Below are positions 19,964-28,426 of a stretch of DNA of 64,000 nt, piece by piece; the first letter of the stretch is position 1, and the number at the start of each line of letters is the position of its first letter. The translations under genes were made by a program, and so were the position numbers. A model generated the notes under the pieces. That model did not search any database, was not told the DNA's origin, and saw only the letters and a list, made by a program, of their open reading frames with translations. The stretch is taken from assembly GCA_963704165.1 (NCBI GenBank), contig CAVPHD010000008.1, forward strand, positions 10,279 through 74,278, in the 5' to 3' direction. The stretch is from an uncultured delta proteobacterium (lineage in GTDB: Bacteria > Myxococcota_A > UBA9160 > SZUA-336).

Positions 19964-21055
19964 TTGAGCGTCGGCCTCCTGCCGCTGCGCGTGTACGGCT
20001 CCGAGATTTCGTACTTCACGGGCAAGCTCGAGGGATATCTCCGCTTCAAGGAGATCCCCTACGAGCGCATCGAGAAGAACGCATTTCGCCTGCTCGCGCG
20101 AAGGACGGGCGTCGCCCAGATTCCCGGAGTCGAGCTCGCCGACGGGCGCTTCATGACGGACACGACGCCGATGATCGCGTGGCTCGAGACGCAATTCCCA
20201 GAGCCGCACGTGATTCCGGCGGATCCGCTGCAGTCCTTCGTGAGTCGCCTGCTCGAGGACTACGCCGACGAATGGCTGTGGCGCCCCGCGATGCACTACC
20301 GCTGGTCGTACCGGACCGATGCACGGCATCTCTCCCGCAGAATTGCCGACACGATCCTCGTCGACGTTCGTGCGCCCGCGTTCCTGAAGCGCTTCGCCAT
20401 CCGCACCCGACAGCGCACGGTGTTCGTGCGCGGCGACGGCGTGAACGCGAGCACGCGTGCGCACGTCGAGGCCGTCTACCGGCGAACGTTGAGCCAGCTT
20501 CAGGCCATCCTCGTCGATCGGCCATTCCTGCTCGGCGAGGTGCCGACACTTGCCGACTTCGGGTTCTTCGCCTCGATGTTCCGGCACTTCGGCATCGATC
20601 CCACCGCCTCGACGATCATGCGCGAGACGGCGTCCGACGTGTACGCGTGGGTCGCGCGCGTCTGGGATGCGCGCGCGAGCCGGACGCGGGGCGCGATCGA
20701 GTCCGGCATTCCCGCGGCGTGGGGCTCGGTGCTCGATTCGGTCGGCACGGCCTACCTGCCGCACCTGTGCGAGAACGCCGTGGCGTGGAAGGCGGGGCGG
20801 TCGCGCTTCGACGTCGCGATCGAGGGCGTGCGGTACGAGCGGCTGCGCACTTCGCGCTACCGCGTCTGGTGTCTCGAGCAGATCCGAAGCCACTACACCG
20901 AGCTGCCCGCGGCCGCGCAGGAGCAGGCGCGCGCGTTGCTCGAGCGACACGGTTGTTGGGAGCCGCTCTGGCGCGTGGCCGAAACCGCGTCCGGCGTGGA
21001 CCCGGACGGCCACGCGCCATTTTCGCCGGGTTGTTCGATGACCGGACGTGACTGA
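19964..21055 (+). CDS. Glutathione S-transferase family protein
   Basis: SYFTGKLEGYLRFK, DTTPMI, EDYADEW, PFLLGEVPTLADFG. Confidence 0.82.
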   Translation: MSVGLLPLRVYGSEISYFTGKLEGYLRFKEIPYERIEKNAFRLLARRTGVAQIPGVELADGRFMTDTTPMIAWLETQFPEPHVIPADPLQSFVSRLLEDYADEWLWRPAMHYRWSYRTDARHLSRRIADTILVDVRAPAFLKRFAIRTRQRTVFVRGDGVNASTRAHVEAVYRRTLSQLQAILVDRPFLLGEVPTLADFGFFASMFRHFGIDPTASTIMRETASDVYAWVARVWDARASRTRGAIESGIPAAWGSVLDSVGTAYLPHLCENAVAWKAGRSRFDVAIEGVRYERLRTSRYRVWCLEQIRSHYTELPAAAQEQARALLERHGCWEPLWRVAETASGVDPDGHAPFSPGCSMTGRD

Positions 21056-21124
21056 CCGGAGGCGATGCGGGTAGTCTGTCGTGAGCTTCGGCCGGATTTC
21101 GGACGCGCCGATCCAGGAGGTCGC

Positions 21125-22369
21125 ATGAACCAGTCCCACACCGATCCCTACTCGGTGCCCCTCGACAAGATCGACGTTTCCGACTCGGAGCTCTTCGAGA
21201 CGGACAAGCTCTGGGGGTACTTCGAGCGGCTGCGAAAGGAAGATCCCGTCCACTACTGCGCCGACAGCGAGTTCGGCCCGTACTGGTCCGTCACGCGCCA
21301 CGAGCACATTGTCGAGGTCGAGAAGAACCCCGAGATCTACTCGTCGGCTCGAAGCATCGTGCTCGATGATCCCGATCCCGAGTTTCCGCTCGAGGCGGGC
21401 TTCATCACGATGGACGGCCCGAAGCACGACGCGCACCGCAAAGTCGTTCAGCCGGTCGCGGCGCCGCGAAACCTCGCGTATCTCGAGCCGCTGATCCGCG
21501 AGCGCGCTGCCGAGATCCTCGACGGACTGCCCGTCGGCGAGACCTTCGACTGGGTCGATCGCGTTTCGATCGAGCTCACGACCGGCATGCTGGCGACGCT
21601 CTTCGACTTTCCCTGGGAGCAGCGGCGCAAGCTCACGTACTGGTCGGACATGACGACGACGCGTCCCGGTGAAGAGGGTTCCATCGCGGCGACCGAAGAG
21701 GAGCGCCGCGCCGCGCTGCTCGACTGCCTCGCGACCTTCACCGAGCTCTGGAAGCAGCGCGAGAACAAACCGGAAGGAGACCGTCTCGACTTCATCACGG
21801 CGCTGGCGAATTCCGATACGACGCGCGGACTCGATCCGATGGAGTACCTGGGAACGCTGATCCTCTTGATCGTCGGTGGCAACGACACCACGCGCAACTC
21901 GATCTCCGGCGGCGTCGTCGCGTTGAACGAGAATCCCGACCAGTACCAGAAGCTTCGCGACGACCCGAGCCTGATTCCCAACATGGTGAGCGAGATCATC
22001 CGCTGGCAGACGCCGCTCGCGCACATGCGCCGGACGGCGACGCGCGACACGGAGCTCGGCGGCAAGCGGATCAAGAAGGGCGAGAAGGTCGCCATGTGGT
22101 ACGTGTCGGCGAATCGCGACGACGCCGTCTTCGACGGTCCGGACGAGTTCCGCATCGATCGCAAGAACGCGCGGCAGCATCTGTCGTTCGGGCTGGGCGT
22201 GCACTTCTGCATGGGAAGTCGCCTCGCGGAGATGCAGCTTCGCGTCCTTTGGGAGGAGATCCTGGCGCGATTCCGGTTCGTCGAGCTGGTCGGAGAGCCC
22301 GTTCGGGTCCGGTCCTGCTTCGTGAAGGGGTACACGCACCTGCCGGTGCGCGTGCATCCGTGGTCGTGA
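21125..22369 (+). CDS. Cytochrome P450 (CYP153-like)
   Basis: LIVGGNDTTRNS, EIIRWQTPLAHMRR, HLSFGLGVHFCMG heme motif. Confidence 0.93.
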   Translation: MNQSHTDPYSVPLDKIDVSDSELFETDKLWGYFERLRKEDPVHYCADSEFGPYWSVTRHEHIVEVEKNPEIYSSARSIVLDDPDPEFPLEAGFITMDGPKHDAHRKVVQPVAAPRNLAYLEPLIRERAAEILDGLPVGETFDWVDRVSIELTTGMLATLFDFPWEQRRKLTYWSDMTTTRPGEEGSIAATEEERRAALLDCLATFTELWKQRENKPEGDRLDFITALANSDTTRGLDPMEYLGTLILLIVGGNDTTRNSISGGVVALNENPDQYQKLRDDPSLIPNMVSEIIRWQTPLAHMRRTATRDTELGGKRIKKGEKVAMWYVSANRDDAVFDGPDEFRIDRKNARQHLSFGLGVHFCMGSRLAEMQLRVLWEEILARFRFVELVGEPVRVRSCFVKGYTHLPVRVHPWS

Positions 22370-22593
22370 AGGTCCTTCGCTTCCTGCTCGTGCACTGGGT
22401 CGGCGCGCTCGCGGGCCTCGGCGTCCTGCTGACGCTGATCGTGATCCTGCAGAACCTGGAGCCGATCGAGTTCGATCTCTTGTTCTGGACCGTGCCGGCG
22501 CTTCCCAAGCTGGTCCTGATTCTCGTCTCGATGGCGCTCGGCGCGGCGATCGCGGAAGTCGCGCGCGTCCTGCTCCGCCGGCCGCGAGTCTAG
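22366..22593 (+). CDS. LapA/DUF1049-like small membrane protein
   Basis: IVILQNLEPIEFDLLFW between two TM helices; GTGA overlap with P450 stop. Confidence 0.7.
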   Translation: MKVLRFLLVHWVGALAGLGVLLTLIVILQNLEPIEFDLLFWTVPALPKLVLILVSMALGAAIAEVARVLLRRPRV

Positions 22594-22617
22594 GCCGGGA
22601 AGCCCGAGAGCGGCTGG

Positions 22618-22830
22618 CTAGCGCCGGCGGCGATCGACGTCGCCGGAGCAGAAGTTCCCGACCAGGTTGACCTTCCCGGTCTCGATCAGGTGCTGGATCG
22701 TGGCCACCACCTCTTCGTCCGTAGCCGCCTCGTCCGCGACGGCGGCAACCAGGTCGAGCAGGGTCAGCGTCTCGGGGTGATCCGCTTCCAGCGTCTCGAG
22801 TTGCGCGAGGCTATGGGCGACTTGGGTCAT
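22618..22830 (-). CDS. Small hypothetical protein
   Basis: TLTLLDLVAAVADEA..DEEVVATIQHLIETGKVNLVGNF; GGGGAG RBS. Confidence 0.65.
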   Translation of the reverse strand: MTQVAHSLAQLETLEADHPETLTLLDLVAAVADEAATDEEVVATIQHLIETGKVNLVGNFCSGDVDRRRR

Positions 22831-23026
22831 TCCGAACGGCTCCCCTCTACTTCGCAGATGTGCAGAAGCATCGGGCGTGCCAACGGGTGTCATGTGCACG
22901 AGACGCGCGGAAGTGGGCGGATATTCGAGGCCGGCGACACTGTCGCGCGCCTGCTGCACCCTCGGATGTGGCCGGGATCCGTCAGCCCGGTGACGGTTCT
23001 CGTCAACGCCCCGTCGGTCGGCGATA

Positions 23027-23659
23027 TCAGCGAATCAGGCTCGACCAGCGCGCGTCGCCGGCGCGGAAGATCAGGATCCGATGCGGCAGGACCAGGGTCA
23101 CGGAGTTGGCGCCGAGAGTGCTCCGTTCCGGAGTCTCGCCGGGACTGAGCGGGTATTCGACGAAGCCGCTCGAGAGCGGCGAGAACGCGACCGCTCTTCG
23201 AGGCGTGACGACCGCAGCGACGTTCTCGTCGGCGAGGACTTCGATCGGCTTCTCGCCCGGGCCCAGGCCGAATTCCCGCCACGACGCGATCTGCGGCGAG
23301 AACGCGAGGATCCGCGCCGGAAACGCCACCACGACCAGGCGCTCGCGGATCTGCAGGTCGCGTTCGCCGGGCGCGGACTCGGAGACCCGGTAACGCGCCT
23401 CGGCGAAGTTCGCGGCGCGCGCCTGGACCGCGAGCAGGCGCCGCGAAGTGACCGCGACGCCGATGCTCCCCTCGGTGCGCAGCGCGACGACCGTCTCCCC
23501 GAGCTCGAGCGGGGCGAGTACCGCCGCGAAGCCAGCGGCGGTGACGGCGAGCACCCGGTCGTCGACGTGCGTGAGCGTGACGCGCTCGTCGGGTCGAGAG
23601 CCCGCGTCCGCACCCGCGACGAGAGGTGCGATCCCCAGGCAGACGGAGAGTGCGAGCAC
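23027..23659 (-). CDS. Hypothetical secreted protein with repeated beta motifs
   Basis: Signal peptide; repeated V.V.T.RR..AFS units. Confidence 0.6.
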   Translation of the reverse strand: MLALSVCLGIAPLVAGADAGSRPDERVTLTHVDDRVLAVTAAGFAAVLAPLELGETVVALRTEGSIGVAVTSRRLLAVQARAANFAEARYRVSESAPGERDLQIRERLVVVAFPARILAFSPQIASWREFGLGPGEKPIEVLADENVAAVVTPRRAVAFSPLSSGFVEYPLSPGETPERSTLGANSVTLVLPHRILIFRAGDARWSSLIR

Positions 23660-23673
23660 GCGAGCGCGTTCGC

Positions 23674-24474
23674 TCAGAACTTGTCCTTCAGCGCGCGCAC
23701 GGCGCCGAGCACGCTGACGGGATCTGCGAGCGTGCCCGGCAGAAGCTTGCGCACGTTCGCGAGGAGCTCCGGTGAGTCCACGCGCATGAACGGATTGGTC
23801 GCGCGCTCGTCGGCAATCGTCGAAGGTACGGTCATCTCGGCGTCGGTCGCGTCGTGCCAGTCCGCGGCCGCCCGTGCGCGGGCCGCGACCACCGACGCCA
23901 TTCGAGCGACGAGCGCCGGGTTCTCCGGCTCGAGCGTGAGCGCGAAGCGAAGATTGGATTCGGTGTACTCGTGCCCGCAGTAGACGCGCGTCGCGTCGGG
24001 GAGCCGCGCGAGCTTCACGTTCAGTGCCTCGTGCATCATCCTCGGGTTGCCCTCGAAGAGCCGCCCGCAGCCCCCGGCGAAGAGCGTGTCGCCGGAGAAG
24101 ACCGCGCCCGGAAAGACGTACGCGACGTGACCGCGCGTGTGCGCCGGGATGAACACGACCTCGGCCTCGAGCCCGCCGACGCGCACGCGGTCGCCCTCGT
24201 TCACGCCGTCGGTGAAGCCGGGAATGCGCGCCGAATCCGAGACGTGTCCGATCACGGGCACGCCGAAGCGCGCAGCGAGATCCGGATTCGCGCCGCTGTG
24301 ATCGAGGTGATGGTGCGTGGAGAGCAGCTTCGTCACGCGCACGCCGAGCTTCTCGACGCGCGCGATCACCGGTGCGGCCTCGGGTGCATCGATCACGGCC
24401 GCCTCGTTCGAAGCCGGATCGATCACGAGGTAGGTGTAGTTGTCGCGCAGCGTCGGGATGCGTTCGATTCGCAT
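23674..24474 (-). CDS. gloB: Hydroxyacylglutathione hydrolase (glyoxalase II)
   Basis: THHHLDHSG, HTRGH, FSGDTLFAGGCGR, YCGHEYT, TNPFMR. Confidence 0.93.
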   Translation of the reverse strand: MRIERIPTLRDNYTYLVIDPASNEAAVIDAPEAAPVIARVEKLGVRVTKLLSTHHHLDHSGANPDLAARFGVPVIGHVSDSARIPGFTDGVNEGDRVRVGGLEAEVVFIPAHTRGHVAYVFPGAVFSGDTLFAGGCGRLFEGNPRMMHEALNVKLARLPDATRVYCGHEYTESNLRFALTLEPENPALVARMASVVAARARAAADWHDATDAEMTVPSTIADERATNPFMRVDSPELLANVRKLLPGTLADPVSVLGAVRALKDKF

Positions 24475-24492
24475 GCCGGGAAGTCTACCCGA

Positions 24493-24918
24493 TCAGGCGA
24501 ACACGACCTCGAGATCCGAGCAGACGAGCTTGCACAGGCGCTCGGCGACGAGGGCTCGGAGCTCGGGGCCGTCGCCCCGCGCGACGTGAAGCTCCACGCG
24601 CAGACCCGCGACCGAGAGGAGCTCGATCTCGGTCCCCGCGGGCAAGCGCGCGGCGATGCTGCCGAAGAGCGCCGAGTCCACGCGCCGCAGCGCCTCCGAT
24701 TCGCCGCGCAGCCGGTTCTGGCGCCGGACGGCCTCGGGCAACGGCGTGCCGCGCAGATCGGCGAGGATCTCCTCGAGATCGGGCCGACAGCTTCCGCAGC
24801 CCCCTCCGGCACCGAGCGTCTCGGCGATCGAGTCGACATCGACCAGCCCGTGCTCGCGGACGAAATCCACGATTCGCCGGCTCGAGAGCCCCATGCAGCG
24901 ACAGATCAGCCGATCCAC
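24493..24918 (-). CDS. BFD-like [2Fe-2S]-binding protein with NifU-like C-terminus
   Basis: ICRCMG...GAGGGCGSC. Confidence 0.7.
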   Translation of the reverse strand: MDRLICRCMGLSSRRIVDFVREHGLVDVDSIAETLGAGGGCGSCRPDLEEILADLRGTPLPEAVRRQNRLRGESEALRRVDSALFGSIAARLPAGTEIELLSVAGLRVELHVARGDGPELRALVAERLCKLVCSDLEVVFA

Positions 24919-24942
24919 CCGGATCTCATCGGCCGAAGGCCG

Positions 24943-25803
24943 CTAATCCCCCAGCAGAGAGAGCTGCCGGCCGTTCTCGTCCGCGTCCGCGGCATTCAGG
25001 GCCGGAACTCCGGGGCGCTCGGGGGCCGCGGAGCGAGCGGCGTCGGGCGCGTCCGGGCACAAGCCGGCGTAATCGCACCAGCGGCAGAGCGGCCCCGGAC
25101 TCGTGGCGAACTCGCTCTCGCGCTCGATCGAGTCGATCAGCTGCATGGTCTCGCGCCGCAGCGCGTCGAGCGACTCGGACGAACGCCGCGAGCGCAACGT
25201 CTTGTTGAAGATCAGGTAGTGCCACACGAGCTCGACCTGCTTCACGTCCGGATAGGTCTGCTCGAGTCCGATCTGGTACAGCGCGAGCTGGCGATCGCGG
25301 TCGACCTGACGTTGCTGCGGCAGCCGCGCGCTCGTCTTGTAGTCGTGGATCTCGAACACGCCCTCGCCCTGGTGCACGATCCGATCGACGATGCCGAGCA
25401 TCTTGTAGCGACCGTCGTCGTCGAGCCGAAGTCGAAGCCGCTCCTCGAGCGCGACCGTCTCGCCCGACGTGAACGGATACCAGGTGCGGTAGTAGTTCTC
25501 GAGGCAGCGCGCACCGCGTTCGAGGTAGTACTCGCGCGGGTTCTCCGCGCGGACGATCACGATCTTGTCGTGCCAGCTCTGCTCCCAGTCCTGGCGATGC
25601 CGTTCGAGCACCTGCGCGAGGCTCGGGGGCCGACCGTTTCGCGCGACGTGGTGGTACAGACGTTCGAGGATTTCGTGGACACGCTTGCCCATGAACGCCT
25701 CGACGCCTTCGGTCTCGACCTTGATCTGTTCGACGTAGCGGTACTTGAACTGGCGCGGACAGTTCTCGTACGACGAAAGGCGCGAATGGCTGTACTCGGT
25801 CAC
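24943..25803 (-). CDS. PD-(D/E)XK nuclease (RecB/AddB-like, four-Cys Fe-S staple)
   Basis: SHSRLSSYENCP, GIVDRI, IHDYKT, QLALY, CRWCDYAGLC. Confidence 0.85.
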   Translation of the reverse strand: MTEYSHSRLSSYENCPRQFKYRYVEQIKVETEGVEAFMGKRVHEILERLYHHVARNGRPPSLAQVLERHRQDWEQSWHDKIVIVRAENPREYYLERGARCLENYYRTWYPFTSGETVALEERLRLRLDDDGRYKMLGIVDRIVHQGEGVFEIHDYKTSARLPQQRQVDRDRQLALYQIGLEQTYPDVKQVELVWHYLIFNKTLRSRRSSESLDALRRETMQLIDSIERESEFATSPGPLCRWCDYAGLCPDAPDAARSAAPERPGVPALNAADADENGRQLSLLGD

Positions 25804-25916
25804 GCTCCCCCCAGAGGCCCGGCCAGTATGCGTTGCCGGGTCCGCTTTGAAAATCCCGGCCCCGCGAGTAACCTTGCCGCGGGGTGGGAGGTCGAAGGGT
25901 GAAGGGAGTCCGGGAC

Positions 25917-26750
25917 GTGTCCACCTTGACCGAATCGATCGCGAATCACCTGATCGCCAAGCGCGACCAGAACGATCCCGTCAGCGAAGCGCGCCGCCAG
26001 CCCTGCCCGGATACCAAACGGGTCGTCGATGTGCTCGAGAATCTGCGTGCAATCATCCTCGAGCAGACCCCGTCGGAGCGGCTGAATTCCGATCTCGAGG
26101 TCGTGCACGGGTTGCTCTCGGGACTGGTCGGTTCGGACCTCGCGTCGCGCTTCCTCGAGTACCTGCCCGACATCCGCCACTGCGTCGGCATGGACGTCGA
26201 GGCGGCCTTCAAGGGCGATCCCGCCGCGAAGTCCTACGCCGAGGTGATCGCGGCGTATCCCTCCGCGTACGCGGTCTCGACCTATCGCATCGCGCACGTG
26301 CTCTACGACCTGGGTGCGCCGATCGCCGCGCGCATCATGTCGGAGCACGCGAAGAGCAAGACGGGAATGGACATCCACCCCGGGGCGACGATCGGCTGCC
26401 ATTTCTTCATCGATCACGGCACCGGCGTGGTGATCGGTGAGACCGCGGTGATCGGCAACCGCGTGAAGATGTATCACGGTGTGACGCTCGGAGCGTTCTC
26501 GAACAAGCAGGGCCGACTCGATTCGGGCACGAAGCGCCATCCGACGATCGAGGACGACGTCACGATCTACCCCAACGCGACGATCCTCGGGGGCAGCACG
26601 GTGATCGGCGAAGGCTCGGTGATCGGTGGAAACGTCTGGCTTCACGAATCCGTGCCGCCGAACTCACGCGTGCAGATCACGCCGCCGCAGCTGCAGGTCA
26701 AGCGCAAGGATTCGGAGTCCGGGTCGATCGATCCCGCCTACGACATCTAG
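25917..26750 (+). CDS. cysE: Serine O-acetyltransferase
   Basis: GDPAAKS, DIHPGATIG, FIDHGTGVVIGET, KRHPTIED. Confidence 0.9.
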   Translation: MSTLTESIANHLIAKRDQNDPVSEARRQPCPDTKRVVDVLENLRAIILEQTPSERLNSDLEVVHGLLSGLVGSDLASRFLEYLPDIRHCVGMDVEAAFKGDPAAKSYAEVIAAYPSAYAVSTYRIAHVLYDLGAPIAARIMSEHAKSKTGMDIHPGATIGCHFFIDHGTGVVIGETAVIGNRVKMYHGVTLGAFSNKQGRLDSGTKRHPTIEDDVTIYPNATILGGSTVIGEGSVIGGNVWLHESVPPNSRVQITPPQLQVKRKDSESGSIDPAYDI

Positions 26751-27514
26751 CTCGAGAGCTCGAGCCCGACGGGGCAGTGGTCGGATCCGCGCACGGCCGT
26801 CTGATGGCGCACGCGCGTGACGCGCTCCATCAGCTCCGGATTGGCGACGAAGTAGTCGAGCCGCCAACCGATGTTCCGCTCGCGGACTCCGGGGCGGTGG
26901 CTCCACCACGTGTAGTGACCCGGCTCGGCGCAGAGCGTTCGGAACGTGTCGACCCAGCCGTGGCGGCCGAGAAAGCGCTCCATCCAGGCGCGTTCCTCGG
27001 GCAGGAATCCGGCGTTCTTCGCGTTCGCCTTCGGATTCGCCAGATCGATCTCGCGATGCGAGATGTTGTAGTCGCCGCAGAGAAGCACGTTCTTCCCCGC
27101 GCGGCGGTAGCCATTCACGAGCCGCAAGATCGCCGCGCAGAACCGGAGCTTGTAGTCCAGCCGTCCGTGCTCGCGCTGGCTGTTCGGGAAATAGGCGTTC
27201 ACCAGCACGAAGTCGCGGAACTCGGTGCGCAGCACACGGCCCTCGCAATCGAACTCCTGCGCGCCGATTCCGTAGACGACGTCGATCGGCTCCACGCGCG
27301 TGTACGTCGCCACGCCGCTGTAGCCGGGTCGATCGGCCGGGTGGAAGTACGCGTGATAGCCGCGCGGATTTCGCATCGCCTCGGTGAGCTGCTCGGGCCG
27401 GGCCTTGATCTCCTGCACGCAGACCGCGAATGCGCGCTGCCCGGCGAACCAGTCGAGAAAGCCCGCACGCTCCGCCGCGCGCAGGCCGTTCACGTTCCAG
27501 GAGAGGAGATGCAC
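26747..27514 (-). CDS. xth: Exodeoxyribonuclease III / AP endonuclease
   Basis: SWNVNGLRA, QEIK, GYSGV, GDYN, YTWWS, GWRLDYF, SDHCP. Confidence 0.93.
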   Translation of the reverse strand: MHLLSWNVNGLRAAERAGFLDWFAGQRAFAVCVQEIKARPEQLTEAMRNPRGYHAYFHPADRPGYSGVATYTRVEPIDVVYGIGAQEFDCEGRVLRTEFRDFVLVNAYFPNSQREHGRLDYKLRFCAAILRLVNGYRRAGKNVLLCGDYNISHREIDLANPKANAKNAGFLPEERAWMERFLGRHGWVDTFRTLCAEPGHYTWWSHRPGVRERNIGWRLDYFVANPELMERVTRVRHQTAVRGSDHCPVGLELSS

Positions 27515-27599
27515 GCTCGAGATCTTCAGTTGACCCAAAGCCATGCGCAACTGTGGCACGGTGCCTCCGCAGATCGACGAGATCTGCCGATAGGAACGC

Positions 27600-28193
27600 A
27601 TGTGGAAGGCTGGACTTCTCCTGGTCCTGCTCTTCTCGGTCGGGCATTTCGCCGTGGGCTACCTGCGCACGAATCCGCTCGATCCCGTCTTCGAAGGCGG
27701 GGAACTCATCGTCGAGACGAGGGAGCACGTCGTGCGGCTCGTTCGAGAAGGTCCGCTACAGGGACGCTATCTGGTCGCGAGCGCCACGAGCGAGGACTGG
27801 AGCGACGCGCCCGCGAACGCCGAGCTCTTGCTCGTCGGCGTCTCGGCAGCGACCGCCCACCTGCTCGCCGATCCCGATCAGCGCAGCTACGGCTCCGTTC
27901 CGGAACGGCAGCTCCTGGATCTTTCGTCGCCGCTCTCGCTGATCGCCTCGACGCGAAGCGTCTACGGTGAGCTGCACGGTCTTCTCGACCTGTACGAGAA
28001 ACGCGCTCGCGATCGGGGCGCGTGGGTCTGCGTGTCGATCGAAGGCGAGATGCTTCGCGTCGACTCGGCCGACTCGATCGACACCGGGAGCAACGCCACG
28101 CGCGCGTTCCAGAAGCGGACGGACGGAACCCGTCTCGTTCTGGCCACGCAGCTTCGTGTCGAGGACTGTGCGAACCTGGCTGAACGGCGCTAG
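27600..28193 (+). CDS. Hypothetical membrane-anchored protein
   Basis: N-terminal TM segment; fills gap between convergent genes. Confidence 0.6.
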   Translation: MWKAGLLLVLLFSVGHFAVGYLRTNPLDPVFEGGELIVETREHVVRLVREGPLQGRYLVASATSEDWSDAPANAELLLVGVSAATAHLLADPDQRSYGSVPERQLLDLSSPLSLIASTRSVYGELHGLLDLYEKRARDRGAWVCVSIEGEMLRVDSADSIDTGSNATRAFQKRTDGTRLVLATQLRVEDCANLAERR

Positions 28194-28412
28194 CTAGCGC
28201 GACCGCAGCGCCGCGACGCTCGAAGCCGTCGAGACGCCGTACGGAACCAGCAGGGTCAGGCCGACCTTGAACACGTGCTCGGCGTCGATCTGCCCGCGAA
28301 TCAGCACATCCCCGTGATTGATCGCGACCAGGATCGTGCCGACGAGAAGCATCGTGCGGAGCGCGCGTCGCACGACCAGCGGATCTCTCGCGAGGCGCAG
28401 CCATTCCGACAC
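28194..28412 (-). CDS. NrtS-like small membrane protein (nitrate/nitrite transporter family)
   Basis: RALRTMLLVGTILVAINHGD...LLVPYGVST pattern at end of frame; GTG start. Confidence 0.7.
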   Translation of the reverse strand: MSEWLRLARDPLVVRRALRTMLLVGTILVAINHGDVLIRGQIDAEHVFKVGLTLLVPYGVSTASSVAALRSR

Positions 28413-28426
28413 GGCCGCAGGGTAGC

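Noticed and set aside
24943..25803. Cas4-like nuclease suggesting a CRISPR system
   Set aside because: No repeat-spacer array or other cas genes in the window; treated as a stand-alone PD-(D/E)XK nuclease.
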